NCBI GenBank assembly: GCA_028534125.1
Contig: CM052817.1
Coordinates: 16,556,001 to 16,620,000, forward strand
Length of the DNA: 64,000 bases
Direction of reading: 5' to 3'
Source: Lama glama
Taxonomy: Eukaryota
The notes beneath the pieces were generated by a model. It was not told the origin of the DNA, searched no databases, and was given only the letters and a program-made list of their open reading frames with translations. The position numbers and the translations under genes are program-made. Shown here piece after piece: positions 1 to 13,580 of this stretch (position 1 is its first letter; every line of letters begins with the position of its first letter).

Positions 1-502
1 CACCTGGTCCTGCCCTCCTGTCTAAACACAGCCAGCTCCTGTCTGTTCACTTATGCATCTAGTCATCTGTTATTTTCACCCCTCACACATTTCCATTTCT
101 TTTTATTTGAGGCCACTGTTTTGGATCTGGAAACTGCTCTTAGTAAGAAATTCAGCCCTGCCTCCAACCCCCTGTGTAACTTTTGAGCCAGTTTCCGAGC
201 CTCAGTTTCCTTATCAGTAAATTGGTGAGCAATGCTTTCTCTCTCTCTTTTTTGTTTTGTGACCTCTTTGGTGAGGATTGAGTACAATAATGGGTGTGAA
301 ATAAATGCGATGTATTGGTAGGACTAACCACAGCATATTTACATTACTGTTACTACTACTAGTGTATCTTTTGCTAGTGATTTGAGTTCATTAAAGAATT
401 CCAGGCAATTTCACATAACATTGCTTCAACTGCTAAAAATAGATATTATATCCCCCAATTTTTTTTCAGATAAGGTTTGAAATACTTGAGGTCACTGAGG
501 AT

Positions 503-746
503 CAGGGGTTGGCAAATTATGGCCAACGGACCAAATCAGTTCATTGTCCTTTTTTGTAAATAAAGTTTTATTAGAACATGACCATGTCCATTTATTATTT
601 ATTGGAACACACCCATGTCCAACTATATACATTGTCTGTGGTTGCTTTTGTGCCACAAAGGCAGAGTTGAGAAGTTCAGGTTTGCAAAGCCTAAAATATT
701 CCTATCTTTTCCTTTTTTTTTAACAGAAAAAGTTAGCTGACCTTTG
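503..746 (+). mobile_element. MER58A-like hAT-Charlie MITE
   Basis: CAGGGGTTGGCAAA start; TTTTTGTAAATAAAGTTTTATT; GCAAAGCCTAAAATATT; ACAGAAAAAGTTAGCTGACC end; small internal duplication. Confidence 0.85.
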
Positions 747-2124
747 ACAGAGACTGTAAGTGGTGGAACCAGGACTGAAATAATGTACGTGTCTACTGAG
801 CCACGCTGGGAACACGCCTTCTCTAAGTGAAAAAGAACAGTGGCAGTCAATGGAAAAAACCCTGAAAATGTGTTTTGTGTGTGTGTTTAATTAACCTAAA
901 CCATTTCTCTGTGTTCCTTATGCAGGACTCACCGTGTACACAGCAGTGTCTGTACATTAGGGCTGAAGGAGGTTCATAGAGCAGACCCCAGGGCAGCCCC
1001 CCCCCCCCCAGCTGAGTTATAGTCCAACCAGCAAGCTCACGGTGGAGCCAGCATGGGGTCTGGCGCTTCCGATTGCAGAGGAACGTCTTACAAGGGCTCG
1101 TTACTTATTATATGTCTTTATCCCCCAAGATTCCCTTTTCCCATTCCCAGCTGCAACCTAGCCAGGGTGGCACTCTCAGAAGCTTCTCGGAGTGCCGCAG
1201 TGTGGGTGGGGCTGCTCAGAGGTTCAGTGCCATCCATCCCATGGGCAGAAAACCCAGCTCTCCGGCCGCTCCCTGCTTCCCTCCCTCCCCCACGATCTCA
1301 AGAGCCTGCTGTGTGCCGAGCCCAGTCCTGAGTGCTGGGGAGACACCAGTGCGTGACGGGGTCCTGGCACCAGCCCTCAAGGAGCAGAGGGGAGGAAGGG
1401 GGTCACAAAGTAAAGAAATGATGCTAGAATAAGGTAAATTATATCTGCTAAGGGTATGCAAATCATTTAGTAGTTCTGGAATGCCAATTTGAGAGGGAAG
1501 CCGATAGAAGTGCAGAAGCTGGAGACGTACGGAAAGGAAAGCCACTTCTGGGCCTTATGTTGCAGTCTGAGGAGTGCGGAGGGCTTCCTGATGGCAGAAA
1601 GGAGTCCTCGACAGTTCAGAGCAGGGGGTGCCCTCAGGCCTGATCTTCCTAGCTGCAGGGCTCCCAGCCTCTGCCTGGTCCTCATCCCTTCTGACCCCAG
1701 TATCTGCCCCACTTGGCTCCGTCCACAGCTCACTCTCAGGCAAACACCTCAGGCCTGGTGGTGTGTACACTGAACACAGCTCTGCCTTCAGGCAAATGGA
1801 CGCAGGGAGAGGTCCAGTGCAGGCCCGAAACGGGCTCAGGGCTGGAGAATCGGGAATGCAGGGTCCTGGGTGTCTGGATCACAGTCTAGAATTATGTGTG
1901 TGGCGGGGTAGGGGATAGGGGATCACAGCCTTCGGAGAGAACATCCCCTTGGCCTGCAGACCCTTTGTCTTTGGGGGAGGGCACAGCTGAGGAGAGCTCG
2001 AGCCGGACCCTACACTGTGCGGAGCCCAGGAAAGAAGCCCGAGGGTAAGGAGGGTGCCGGGTCACCTGATCAGGTTGGGCAGGGGTGGGACGTGAGGCAG
2101 GCTAGTTGAAAGGCTGCTGCTGTA

Positions 2125-2320
2125 ATACTAATGACTACATATAAAGTAAATAAACAATAAGGGCCTACTAAAGAGCACAGGGAACTATATTCAATACCTT
2201 GTAATAGCCTATAATGAAAAAGAATATGAAAGGAGTTTGTATATACGTACAACTGAATCCCTATGCTGTACACCAGAAATTAACACAACATTGTGGATCG
2301 ACTATACTTCAATTAAAAGG
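2125..2320 (+). mobile_element. 5'-truncated L1 3' end (artiodactyl type) with TSD
   Basis: AGCACAGGGAACTATATTCAATACCTTGTAATA...ACTATACTTCAATTAAAA; flanked by AGGCTGCTG(C/T)TGTA at 2111-2124 and 2321-2334. Confidence 0.9.
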
Positions 2321-4204
2321 AGGCTGCTGTTGTAGTTTGTGGGATGCTAGTGGTGATCTGAACCGAGGTGGAGGAAACAGGGCTGCAGGGGAGAACAATT
2401 CAGGAAGAGAAATTGACTGGTCCGACCCTCCTAGTTGGTGCTGCTGTCCTGCCCTCGGCCCGTCTGATCAGGTCACACGCTGTGGCTGAAGAGGCTGCAG
2501 CTGAACCCTAGGGCAGCCCTGAACACAGGGGATGACAGAACAAGAAATACAGGGTTCTGATTAAAGTAGGTGCCTCTCTGAGGAAGCGAGGTCTGAAGGA
2601 TGGCTGTGGGTCCGCCAGTGTGAGAGGGCAGGGATGGGAGGTGAAGGAGGGAGGCAGGGAACAGTGTTTCAAACAGAAGGGCTGCCAGGAGGTGAAGACA
2701 CAGTGATGTCGGCCCCAGTTCTTCCTGGCAAGAGTGACAGAGGAAGGTGACAAGTGGCAAAAGGTAAGCTGGGCCCAGGCTGCCTGGGGCATTAGTATAC
2801 AACTCTGTGTGTGTGTGCCTGTGTGCATATGCGTGTGCACATATGTTAGGCAGAGGGAAAGAGCATATAGGGAATACCTCTTCAAGTGCTGTGTAGAAGT
2901 CTGCACGTCCCCCAGCAAGTCAGGGGACTGTCAGCCTCGATACTCACCCCCTCTTTCCTGTGTGGGGACATAAAAGTACAGAAAAGAATTCAATCTCAAT
3001 GAGCTGAAGATAAAAAACAACAACAAACAACAACACACACGTGTACACGGTAGGCTGACAAAGGACCGCAAACATCTCTTCATCCCACACAGTGAAAATA
3101 ATTTGATCTCTGACCCAACGGAGCATCTGAAATGCAGGCAAAACTGCGTAACTTAGATGCCAATCATGCTGTTTTTAATGAATTCTTCAGACGTTTATGT
3201 TTGAGGCTGAGATAGCCCCAGAGGACTCCTGGGTCAGTTATTTACCGTTGGAACATTGTGTATACTTTCTTTGCACAAAACAGGGCCCACTTCCAAAGAG
3301 ATATTATGTTTCCTCCATCAATAGAGCTTGATTTTTATGGGTGTTTAAAATCGCACTACCAAGACCTACTGGAGTTATGGTAGGTGTTGAATGGCCTCCA
3401 GGATGGGAGTCTGCCAATGTCCATCATCTTCACGAGCTCAAATGCCCTAAAATACTGCCCTTGACATTCTTCCCAGAAAGACCAGCCTTGCCAATTCTTC
3501 AATACACTTGAAATAAGAAAGAATCTTCTGAAGATTGCAAAGCATTTTGGAAAGAATGGTGCACTTCCCTCAGGAGGTGCTGGTTGCCCCTCTTTAATTC
3601 TGGGCTGCCTTATTCAGTGGCAACTTCTACTCCATCTCCTCGCTGCCAACCCTCTTGTTTTCTCTTTTATCATTAACACAGTTTTTAACATGAGTTGGTG
3701 TAATGCCTAAAATTAAGTTCCCGTCTTATGGGCTGCCTTGACATTTGGTAAAATCAGAAAGTCTTCAAATGGCCAAACCCAGGGTGGTTTCCCCACTGCT
3801 TCTGCAGATCAGAGACCCCAGCCAAACAATACACTTTATTAAACAGACTGAGTGTAGTTCTTGCTTATCCCTGAGTAGCAGGTTTCAATTCCTTGCTGGT
3901 CTGAAGAATGATTCAAACAAGCGTTTTGTATCCTCCCTCTGGAACCAGGGGTCACCTCACCCTTCTGATACTACAGAGCCTGCTGCCCACAGCCCCCTGT
4001 GGTTCACTCTGCTTCCTAGTGCAACCCTCTGTGGCTCTGCAGGGCCCAGTGTCCTCCCTAGGGCTGTGAGTGAATGTGACCAAGGGATTGCTTTTGGGTT
4101 CACCTGCCTGGTGTCAGGTATCATGCATTTAGCACTCATATAGGCCTAGGGAGAGAATCCTCCTCGCCAACAGGCTGAATAGGAGGCAATTAAAACAATG
4201 GGAA

Positions 4205-4810
4205 ACAGACAAAGCTGGATTCAAGTCTTCACTGTATGCTACCCTAGTTTTTAGCTGTGTGGCTTGGGCAAATTATCTTAACCTCTCTGAGCCTGAGTTC
4301 CCTCAGCTGTAGTGCAGGAACTGCCTTATGGTTTGTTGAGAAGATTAAGTGGGATAATATATTCAACCAACTTTTCCTGAAGACTTCCTAGGTACCAGGA
4401 GCAGGGAACGCATCAAAGAACAAGCCACACAAGGTTTTTGTCCATCTAGAACTGATACTGTAATGGCGGACACAAACAATAAGCATCTGAAAATTGATGA
4501 GCTAGTTATAGACAGTGTGAAGTTCTATGAAGTAAGAACGTAATCAAACCAGAGGAGTGAAATCGCGCATGCTGGGCCAGAGGGTTGAGGGAGATAGAAT
4601 AGATGCAGATAACACAGAGGTTCCTCCGGTGGGACCATCAGAGCTGAGACCTGCATCGAGGGGAGCCAGCCATTGGAAGATTTGGGGAAGAGCTATTACA
4701 GGCCGAGGGAAGAGCAAACACAAGTACTCTGAGGTGGGAGCAAGCTGGGCATGTCGAAGCAACCCCAAAGAAACCAGGGTGGCAGAAGTATAAGTGAGGG
4801 GAAGCGTGAT
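4205..4810 (+). mobile_element. MIR followed by L2 fragment
   Basis: MIR core TTGGGCAAATTATCTTAACCTCTCTGAGCCTGAGTTCCCTCA; L2-like GAGGGAAGAGCAAACACAAGTACTCTGAGGTGGGAGCAAGC. Strand given for the MIR. Confidence 0.65.
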
Positions 4811-6191
4811 GCTTAAGGACAAGCAGGCACCTCCCCAGCAAGCCTCCAAAGTCAAAGCTCTGCCATTGCAACAGCTGCTGTGCATCACGGGAAAACAAGC
4901 TCCGTATGTAATTCAGAATCAGAAGGGTCACAAAGGGCAGAGCTGGCAGGAAGGGGAGGGTTTCCTGCCTGAATGGCCTGACCAAGCGTATTTCTGAAGA
5001 AATGAAGCCTCTTCCGAGATCAGATAACAAAGAGCACTAAACTGAGTTTTGGTAGAGATTCTATTGGGAACTGCCTCTGTGAATAATTAATAATTACTCG
5101 AAGCTAACCCCTCACCTGATGGAAACACCGAGCTTCTAATAGTTATTTTTAAAGTTCTGGGAAAGAGTTTGACTCCTCCAGTGCTTGACTGGGCATAGAT
5201 GTCTCTGGATTTACATCTGACCTCCATTTCTTTCTAAAAGCACAGAGCTTGGACAAAGTTCTTGAAGGAGATAAGCCTCAGTGTCCTCATGTATAAAATG
5301 GAAATAAGGACAGTGATGATGATGGTGATGGTAAAGATAAATGACAGTAGCACCAATCTTCAATAGCTATTGGAAAGATTAACTGAGATAATCTCTAGGA
5401 AACTCTGAACATACCATATGTGGCTCTGATAAGAGTCATCAAAGTTAATAAATTCAATATTTTCTGAAATGTTTGTTCATTATTAATTACTTGTTTTTTC
5501 AACATAAACGTTAAAGTTACAATTGTCTTTGGTTGGAATTGTTACACATTGTGAATTATTGGGATTCTATTTAAAAAAAAAAGATTTTCTATTGTCCATC
5601 TGTTCAGTGCTCCTTGGAGTTGAGAAAACTTATCCAGATTGTTTTGTGGTTGCCAGTCTTAAAAGTAAATAAAATGTTTTTTCTGTTAAAAATAATACAG
5701 CTCCACTATAGAAATTATAGAAAATACAGACAAGTATTCAGAAGAAAATAAAAGTCCATCCATAATTTCATGCACTGAGAGGCGACTAACATTTTCCCTC
5801 TTAGATTTTCCTCTATGCATTTTAGAGTCTAGCTTATATCTTATATATTATCTTTATCCCTCATTTTCAAGTTAGCATTATATCATAAACATTTACATGT
5901 GTCATTGAAGATTTCGCTAAACATTTTTTAATGTATACATCATATTCTATTACTTGGATTTACCATAATTTTCCTAATGATTTTCTTACCACTGGCTGTT
6001 TGGGTTATCTGCTATTATACACTTTTTAATTATATCATTTATTATAATAACTCTGGGATAGCAAATGAGCACATCTGTTGTCCAGCTCCACAGATCTGGG
6101 TCCCTTATCAAAGACGGTAATTTCTTTGATGATTTTCTCAATAAAGATCATTGCTACCTCCTTTAGGGAAGGAAACACAAGTATTATAGAA

Positions 6192-6394
6192 TAAGGGTTG
6201 GTAAACTATAGCTTGTGGGCCAAATCTAGCCAGCCTGCTTTTGTAAATAAAGTTTTATTGGAACACAGCCCTGCTCTTTGATTCCATGTTGTCTATGGCT
6301 GCTTTCATGGTACAAGGGTAAAGTTGAGTAGTTTAGACTTGCAAAACCTAAAATATTTACTGACTCTTTACATGAGAAAGTTGGCTAATTCCCA
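6192..6394 (+). mobile_element. MER58A-like hAT-Charlie MITE (second copy)
   Basis: GGGTTGGTAAACTATAGCTTGTGGGCCAAATC...GTAAATAAAGTTTTATTGGAACACAGCC...AAAACCTAAAATATTTACT; similar to 503-746. Confidence 0.85.
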
Positions 6395-6839
6395 GTATTA
6401 GAATGTGAAGGAGCTCAGGCTTTTTCATTGAAAACCCAATAATTCTAAACCATGCACTTTAAAACAATATTTAAAAAATGTCTTCCTTTAATTTATGTTG
6501 TTAAAAAACAAGCCTAGAGGAAATTGATGTATAATAATAAAACAGTCAAAATCAAATAAACCTCCAAATGTAGACTTCATGGGTGTACCTCCATCATCCT
6601 ATTTTAGCATCTTAGCCTGGACCAGGCAAAGATTGATAGAACAGAAGAGAAACTCAGGGACAGACTAAGGCAGGTATGGAAACCTTATCATAATAAAGAT
6701 GCCACCAAAAATCAATGGGGAAGAGAAAGATTGCTCTATATATGGTGTTGGCATATGGCATGAGACAGGAATCTGATTCACATTATACACAAAGATGAAT
6801 TGCAGATTAAGACCTAAATGTAAAAGGTAAAGTTATAAA

Positions 6840-7340
6840 GTGGGTTCTTAATATAGATCCTTTAAGTAATCTGGGGAAATCTACAGACTGCTTCTCAGAA
6901 TAATGTTTTTAAAGGCATACAATGAAATAGGATTACCAAGTAGAATACCTACTACCAATAGGATTGCAAATGTAGAAATGCAGATATTTAGAAAATTGTA
7001 AAGTAAAATACATGCTTCCTTTTTTTTTTAGAGGGGGTAGGTAATTAGGTTTATTTATTTATTTATTTTTTAATGGTGGTACTGAGACTTGAACACAGGA
7101 CCTTGTGCAGCTAAGCATGTGCTCTTCTACGGAGCTACACTGTCCCCGCCATGCTTCTTTATTAAAGCATTACTTGACAAGATCTAGCAGTAAATCTGAT
7201 AACAAAAGCAATTTTGAAATAGTGATGAGCACAAACAAAATTTTGGGATATCTATAACAAATGTAATAAAAAGTAAAAATATTCTTAATTTATTCAAAAT
7301 TCACTGACCCCTTTAATGCCTTCTGGGTTAAAACCCCTCC
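6840..7340. mobile_element. Charlie1-like hAT DNA transposon remnant
   Basis: Terminal inverted ends GGGTTCTTAA / GGTTAAAACCCCT; internal CTCAGAATAATGTTTTTAAA, ACAAGATCTAG and TAGTGATGAGCA typical of the Charlie1 family. Confidence 0.65.
7021..7149 (-). mobile_element. Camelid-type tRNA-derived SINE (Vic-1-like), full length
   Basis: On the minus strand: A box TAGCTCCGTAG (7127-7137), B box GTTCAAGTC (7086-7094), (AAAT)n-AAACCTAATTACC and poly(A); TSD CATGCTTC(C/T)T at 7011-7020 and 7150-7159. Confidence 0.85.
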
Positions 7341-8249
7341 CTAAAGCTGATAAAAGTGGAGGAGATTATCTTTGTGTTCTTACGGCTAGGGAAGAACTTC
7401 TAAGAGTGGCCCCCAAACACACAAAGAATTGATAAATTTATCTCCATTAAAATTCAGTGGCTTTGTTCAACAAAGCTCACCAGACTGTAAGAAAGGTGAC
7501 AGACCGGGAGGAAACTTGTGCAACCTCCAAAACCAACCAGGGATTAATGTCTAGGGCGTACGAGGAGCTTCTGTAAATCAAAATGGAAAAGGCAGGAAAA
7601 CCAGTGGAAAATGGGTAAAGGATATGATAAAAAAACACAGAAGGAAACATCTTGAGCGTACAATAATTAGTATCTGGTGAGATGCTTGACACCACTTGTA
7701 ACAAATAAAATATTAAAATATGAATGAAATAGAGACTACTTTGCACCCTCCCACTTTCCATAAGTAGAAAGCCTGTTATTACCACGTGTTGACAAGGATG
7801 TGGGAAAATGAGAATCTCATGCACTGTTGATAAAATATAAGCTTTTAGAATCCTTCTTAGAACAACCCAGGAATACCTCCTGAAACTAAGGAGCTCATAT
7901 GCTACGACCCAGCTTTCCTGTCCTGAGTATGTGAACAGGGAACTCCAACACACTCTCACATGAATACGTAGGAAGATCTTGATCTCGGCGCTGTGAGTGG
8001 TAGCGGATACTGGAGGCAACTTGATGTAAATGTAGAAGTGCGTACTAATGCTGCACTCCATCGTACGTGTACAGCCGTACGGTGCAGGGTAGGATCTACC
8101 TAAACAATCCAGATACACCTTTGACTTATGGTACTGAGTGAATAAAAAAGCAAGAACACAAAGAGATTTTTAGCACAATATTGTTGAGTAAATTAAAACC
8201 GCAAACACACAGGAAACAATATTATGTATTTCATAAGGGACCAGCATCT

Positions 8250-8795
8250 TGAGAGTGAATATAGAATCAGACAACGGCCAGACCATGCTTAAAAATATGA
8301 CTATGACCTGCCACCTGCAGCAACCTGTCCAGGAATACAGCAGTTACCTACAGTAACCAGCCTAGGAAGACAGCCTGCTGTAAGTCACGCTTGTGGGAAG
8401 TCAGACTGTTAAACAAGCCAGGAAGCCAAACAGCCACTTCTGTAACACCTGACTCCAAGTGACCAGGACTTGATTACTAACTGACGGCTTCTCTAATTTT
8501 TGTCCTCACTTTGCAACTGAGGAAACGAATCCCAGGAGGCTCAATACGACCCACTAACCAACCATGTAGGACACCTCGCTTCTACTCAGCCCACCTCCAG
8601 CTTCCCAAGCCAACAGCCCCCCATCAGGGCACACCTGAAGCCTTCCCTTTGTTCTATTACAAAGCTTTCCCCCTCTCCAGCTGCCTTGGAGTCGCTGCCA
8701 AAATGCAAGTGGCAGTGGCAGAATTGCTATAGCAAACTCGGAATAACGAGCCTTGGCTTGTTCTCATTTGGTTAGTCTGTCTTTATCCCCCAGAG
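8250..8795 (+). mobile_element. ERV1-class solo LTR (MER89/90/110-like)
   Basis: TG start; repeated CCAGGAA(G) modules; CCAGGACTTGATTACTAACTGAC; AATAA-like signal near the end; ATCT on both sides (8246-8249, 8796-8799). Confidence 0.7.
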
Positions 8796-11700
8796 ATCTG
8801 TGAGGCACATTTGAGTGGGGCCCCTTTGTGGTGTGGCATGAATGGGAGTGGAGATGAGAACCTTGCCTGGGTCCATGCAATTCCATGCCACTAACTGAGG
8901 AAGTGATGAGCTGAAACTGTAGGAGGCCCACGATAAATAAACAGAAACATTTTAAAATTAGGTCATTTTCACTTCTTTCTACATTGTGCCTTTCTTCTCT
9001 CCTCCTGTGCCTTTCCAGGCTTCCCTCCGCTTGGGCTTGGGGGCTAAGTATGCAGATCATTCTTCAGCCAGATGGAGGTGCTCAAGTCATGAAAGGAGAT
9101 TGCACCCTCCCTGGTTTTTCAGGACCAGAGGGTAGCAGAGGTTCAGATGACTCGTCAAGGGCCCTGCTGATCCTGAACTTTTCGAAGAAACTCTCTGAAA
9201 TGGCTGAGGCAGAAGTAGTCTTGAATCTAGATTTTTCTGCCTGCGGCCGGGTTTTATCTCTGTTAGAGTGGAGTTTAAAGCCCGTGTCCCCCTTCTTACC
9301 ACTCAGTGCTGGAGATTAAAGGGAAAAAATAGCCCCAATGATTTCATCTCACTCTTTTCCAGTGAAAATTACTTTTCAGAACTATAAAATCTTCTGTGAA
9401 GGTTATAATAGAGGACTCAGGTTCAGTTTAGCCCATTTATTAAGATATAGGCTTCCAAGCCCCAGTAGAAAAAATAAACAAACAACTGGCAGTTTACCTG
9501 GATTTATGCACAGTTTGTCTAATCAATCAATCTGTAAACATTATGCAAATGTGTGTAATCCCAAGCCTAGCCCAGACTTTACGTATGCATCGTTATGTAA
9601 ACGATCAATCTTGTTAACGCAAGTATTAATATAAACCTGACATTAAACACAAGTTTACACAGCCTTGCTAGTTGAAGGCAGCTTGATTTACATTGAAATG
9701 TAAATAGCAGCGGTGCTCTTTTTGGGGCTTTGGAAAACAGACTGACTAAAGCTCACTGGGTGGCCTGTCCCCACCAGATTCCTCAGACGCACTCCCAAAC
9801 TCTTCATTCAATGCCTCCCGTGAGGAACTGGGGGAGAATTTGGGCAGCAACCCAGGACCTCGTGCCTACTGGTGGCCGTGGTTTTGAGATCTCGGCTCCC
9901 CAGGACCTCCTGGGGGCCACCTCTAGGACCAGAGGGCCCTAGTCTCCGAGCCAACAGTGCAGGGAGCATCACTCACAGGAGTTGCCACTCCCACATGGGC
10001 TGAGGGCTTGCAGGCAAGCTGCTGGGCCAGCAGGACTGGCTATTAGGTGGCCTGGGGGCAGCTCTGTGAGGGCGGGTCTTCACTCTGCCCCACACCTCCT
10101 TCCTCTTATCCTTCAAGTCTGTTTTAAATGTCGCCTCTTTGCACAGACCTTCCTTGACTGTCCCTCCTCAGCTGTTCCCTGTAACAGCACCCTGTACATC
10201 ACGTTCATAACGCTTTTCTCAACTTGTGATGACATGTTTGTTTACTTCTGCGTTTGTTGGTGTCCACCTTCCCCACCTATGAGCTTCATGGGATCAGAGC
10301 CACGTCTCTTCTGTTCATGACTTTATCCTCAGTGCCAGGCATATGGGATACACTTAGAAAGATTTTGTTGGATGGATGAATGGGTGGACACTCACCCACT
10401 CTGGAACCTTGTTACTTAGCACAAAAGTTCTATATTTCCACAGGCGGCCTCAGGAAATTGCCCGGTTCTGTCTTTTCTTTAAGAGCTGAGTTCTGCTCTC
10501 AATAGACTGAGAGTCTGCCAGACCTTGCCCCAACGCCTTCTGCCAGAGCTGGCTCCTGTTCTCTGAGCTCCTGCCGCAGCATGATAACAAGAACAGCAGA
10601 AGGAGAAGGAGCTGTCAACACTCAGTAGGTCCAGGTACTGTACTAGGGGCTTTACGCCCGTCATCTCATCTGAACTTGAATCTTCAAAGCATATTCTTCA
10701 AAAGACCAGGCCTTTAACAAGGAGTCCAAGGTAACAGGACTCAAGTAGGGGCAGCAGTTCAGGATCCAGAATTGAAGTCAGCTAGATGTGAGTTGGAATC
10801 CTGACTTTGCTAGCTGTGGATCTTGGAAAAGATGCTTTGTCTGAGTCTCCTTTTCCTGGGCTGTCGATTGCACCAGGGAAGTGAATGTTGGTTTCTTAGG
10901 GTTTTGTGACACTGAAATGAGATTGAGTGTATAGCGCAAGCATTTAGCAAATATTGGTGTTTACTTACAGCTCTTAGATAAAAGTTCAGACATCTAGAGA
11001 CCAGCGGCTGGGTTTATTCCCTTCAGTCTCTTTGTCTTCTTTGTCCTCTTTGAACCCTTGGCTATTTTTAGCTCTGTCCTGTTGCCCAGTGTTCCTTCTA
11101 GTGGAGAATTTGTATGGGATGTGCCTTAAGGTATATCCTCCGAGATCAACCCCCTCAAGCTAAGACGGAGGAGGTAATGACCCAAGGCCGTGCGGTGGAA
11201 GTAAGAGGAACTAAAAGTGATCTAGAAGTCCTATACACACAAATCAGTCCTAACCCCAAAGACCCTGAAATAAAGAGGGAGGAACTAGGCTTCGCAAGTC
11301 ACAGCTAGTTGGTCACAGCTTCCAGCCAGAGCACATTACTGGGTATGCCTGTTTATGCCTGGCCACCCTGGAAAGTGGGGCCTGTGTCTTACTCGTCTTT
11401 GTAACCCAGCAGCCGACGCAGTGCTGGAATGTGGTGGGCATCCAATCCCTCTGTTGAAAGAATATTCCCTTTCCAGCCCCTCCCACCCAGACTCATTGGA
11501 GTTCTACTGTTTTGGTGTTTTTTGGTGGGGAGTACTTTTAATGTCGACTTTGACCTTCACTTGGATGTGAATTGGGGTGCACTGGGAAGATTACACAAAT
11601 ATTTTTCCTGAACTCTCTATGTCTCTGGGTGATGCCTGCCCAAGAATCATCTGTTTACGTGGCGACTCAGTCTTTGGCCAGATCGAAGTCAACTCCAATG

Positions 11701-13580
11701 TCAACCCCAATCATGAATAGCAGTTGCAAGCCCCGAGGGCTTCCCGCAAGAGCACAAAGACCAGCAGAATGAGACAATTTCCACTGCCTGTAGCAAAAGC
11801 AAGGAAATATGAAAATAGAGTGAAAAGATGGGTCTGCACTATTATCTTTATATATTATTAATAATAATTCCTTTTATTTGAACATGGCCTTGGAGCTGAT
11901 CAAATGCTTTCTCCTGTATTATCTCATTCATTTCTCACCACTCTCTTTGAGGTATTATTCACCAATCTGCAGATGAAGAGATGGCTCTGAGACAAGCCAC
12001 AACAGCAGCTGGACCCTCATGCGATCAGCTACCAGCATCCTTTAATGAGAACTCGTGTGTTCCTTGATGTCTCTTTGGGAAGATCTCAAAGTAAGTAAGG
12101 GCTTTATCAGGGTCAGGTAGGTGACCCCTAGCTGAGCGACTGTCATTGTCTGACCATTATAGGCTCACAAACCCTCTTTCAGAGAAAGGAAACATTCGCC
12201 AAGTTGGGATTTTCCCAAAAGAATTCTTTAGAAAGAATACCTTCCACCTTGACAGTCCCCAGAGACAAACTGAAAGGACCTCGCTTAATGTCTCATCCGA
12301 AGGGTATTTGCAGTGCTGGCTTCATCATTCAAAGCAGGAAAGGCCTTTGTCATGGTCAAATGGCTTTAATGTGTTTTGAATGCTACATAAATTCAAACTT
12401 GATGGCTCATTTATTTGTTGGATTGAAGTTTTATACAATAAACTAAGCCTTGGTATTTACTAATAACTTGTGCACTGCCCTTTGTTTGTTTAGAACAGCC
12501 AGAAGGCAAAGAAGTTGACCGAGAGTCCCTCATGGCCAATATGGTGTTCCCATCCTGGCATTTCCTGGGACAGTTTATGGATCGGTGGGAGGGATGATAA
12601 AGGGTTGTTTGCAGAGGTGGCGGGGGACACAGTGGGAAACGGAGAAGGGGAAGGATGGCAGGTGGATGTTTTCTTTTTGACAAAGCTCCACCCCAGCTGT
12701 TTCATCTGCTGAATTCAGTGAGCTGGGCATCGAGAGCACTGAGTGACAGGCTAGGCTTGGCTAGTGACTTGTGGCATGACCTTGGAAGATACATTGTTTC
12801 CTGCTGTGTCTCACCATCTCACTCTTGGGAAAAAAAAAAAAAGAAAGAAAGAAAGCTTACAGCAAATTTTATTCATTGTTCAAGGTGAGCTTCCTTAAGC
12901 TACTCTCCTTTCAGGAGATCTTTGCTCTTTACCTCGACTCCACCCACAAAAATTTCTTTCTCAAACTCTATCCGGCACATGGAGATGGACTTATTTTAAC
13001 AGACATTTGCAGCCTACCTCTCAGAGACAGGTAATGTGACTGCCTCTCAGAGGAGCCGCTGAGAATGCAGCATCTTTGGTTTCATTTGGAGGGTAAGAAT
13101 GAGTTGTAGGAATGACACAAGTGGGCAAAATCTAGAAATCTCGACATTTCTGTGACCAAGGAAATATACTCCTGTTAACACTGGGTGACAGGATTTGCCT
13201 TCAGCACCTCCCCACTTCCGGACACCTGCATTTCCCCTTTAGGTCTCACATACAGAGTCCAGGGCACATTAGCTAGGACACGTTCTGGCCCCAGTGGTAT
13301 ACCCAAGGCAGTGCCTTGCAAGACTAGAGCCTCTTGGACTCCTGGATGCTGGCGCCTGGCTGCCTGGCTGCCTGAGTCCTGATCTAAGGCTCGCTTGCCT
13401 CTCAACTCCTGCTCCTGCTGTAGCTGACACTGGCAAGTCTTTCCCCTTGTGTGCTGGAGGAGTCTTAATTTTGTTCCAGTCTGCACATCACCCCCAAGCC
13501 ACTTAGATGAGTTCAGATTGGTCTAAGCTAATCAGGGCAGTCTCATTCCCCAAATTTGGCCAATGAGAACAGAGCTTCTT

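Larger units (their letters stand above)
6610..8240 (+). mobile_element. Ancient L1M ORF2/3' remnant interrupted by a Charlie element and a SINE
   Basis: Degenerate L1 ORF2-end motifs (AAGACCTAAATGTAAAAGG; GATAAATTTATCTCCATTAAAATT; GTGTTGACAAGGATGTGGG). Confidence 0.65.

Noticed and set aside
997..1009. C13 homopolymer
   Set aside because: Isolated simple run with no supporting context.
7086..7149. tRNA-like A and B boxes
   Set aside because: Head of a SINE with tail and TSD; no complete cloverleaf, so not a tRNA gene.
7477..8118. 213-aa minus-strand ORF
   Set aside because: Antisense reading of a degenerate L1; no recognisable protein.
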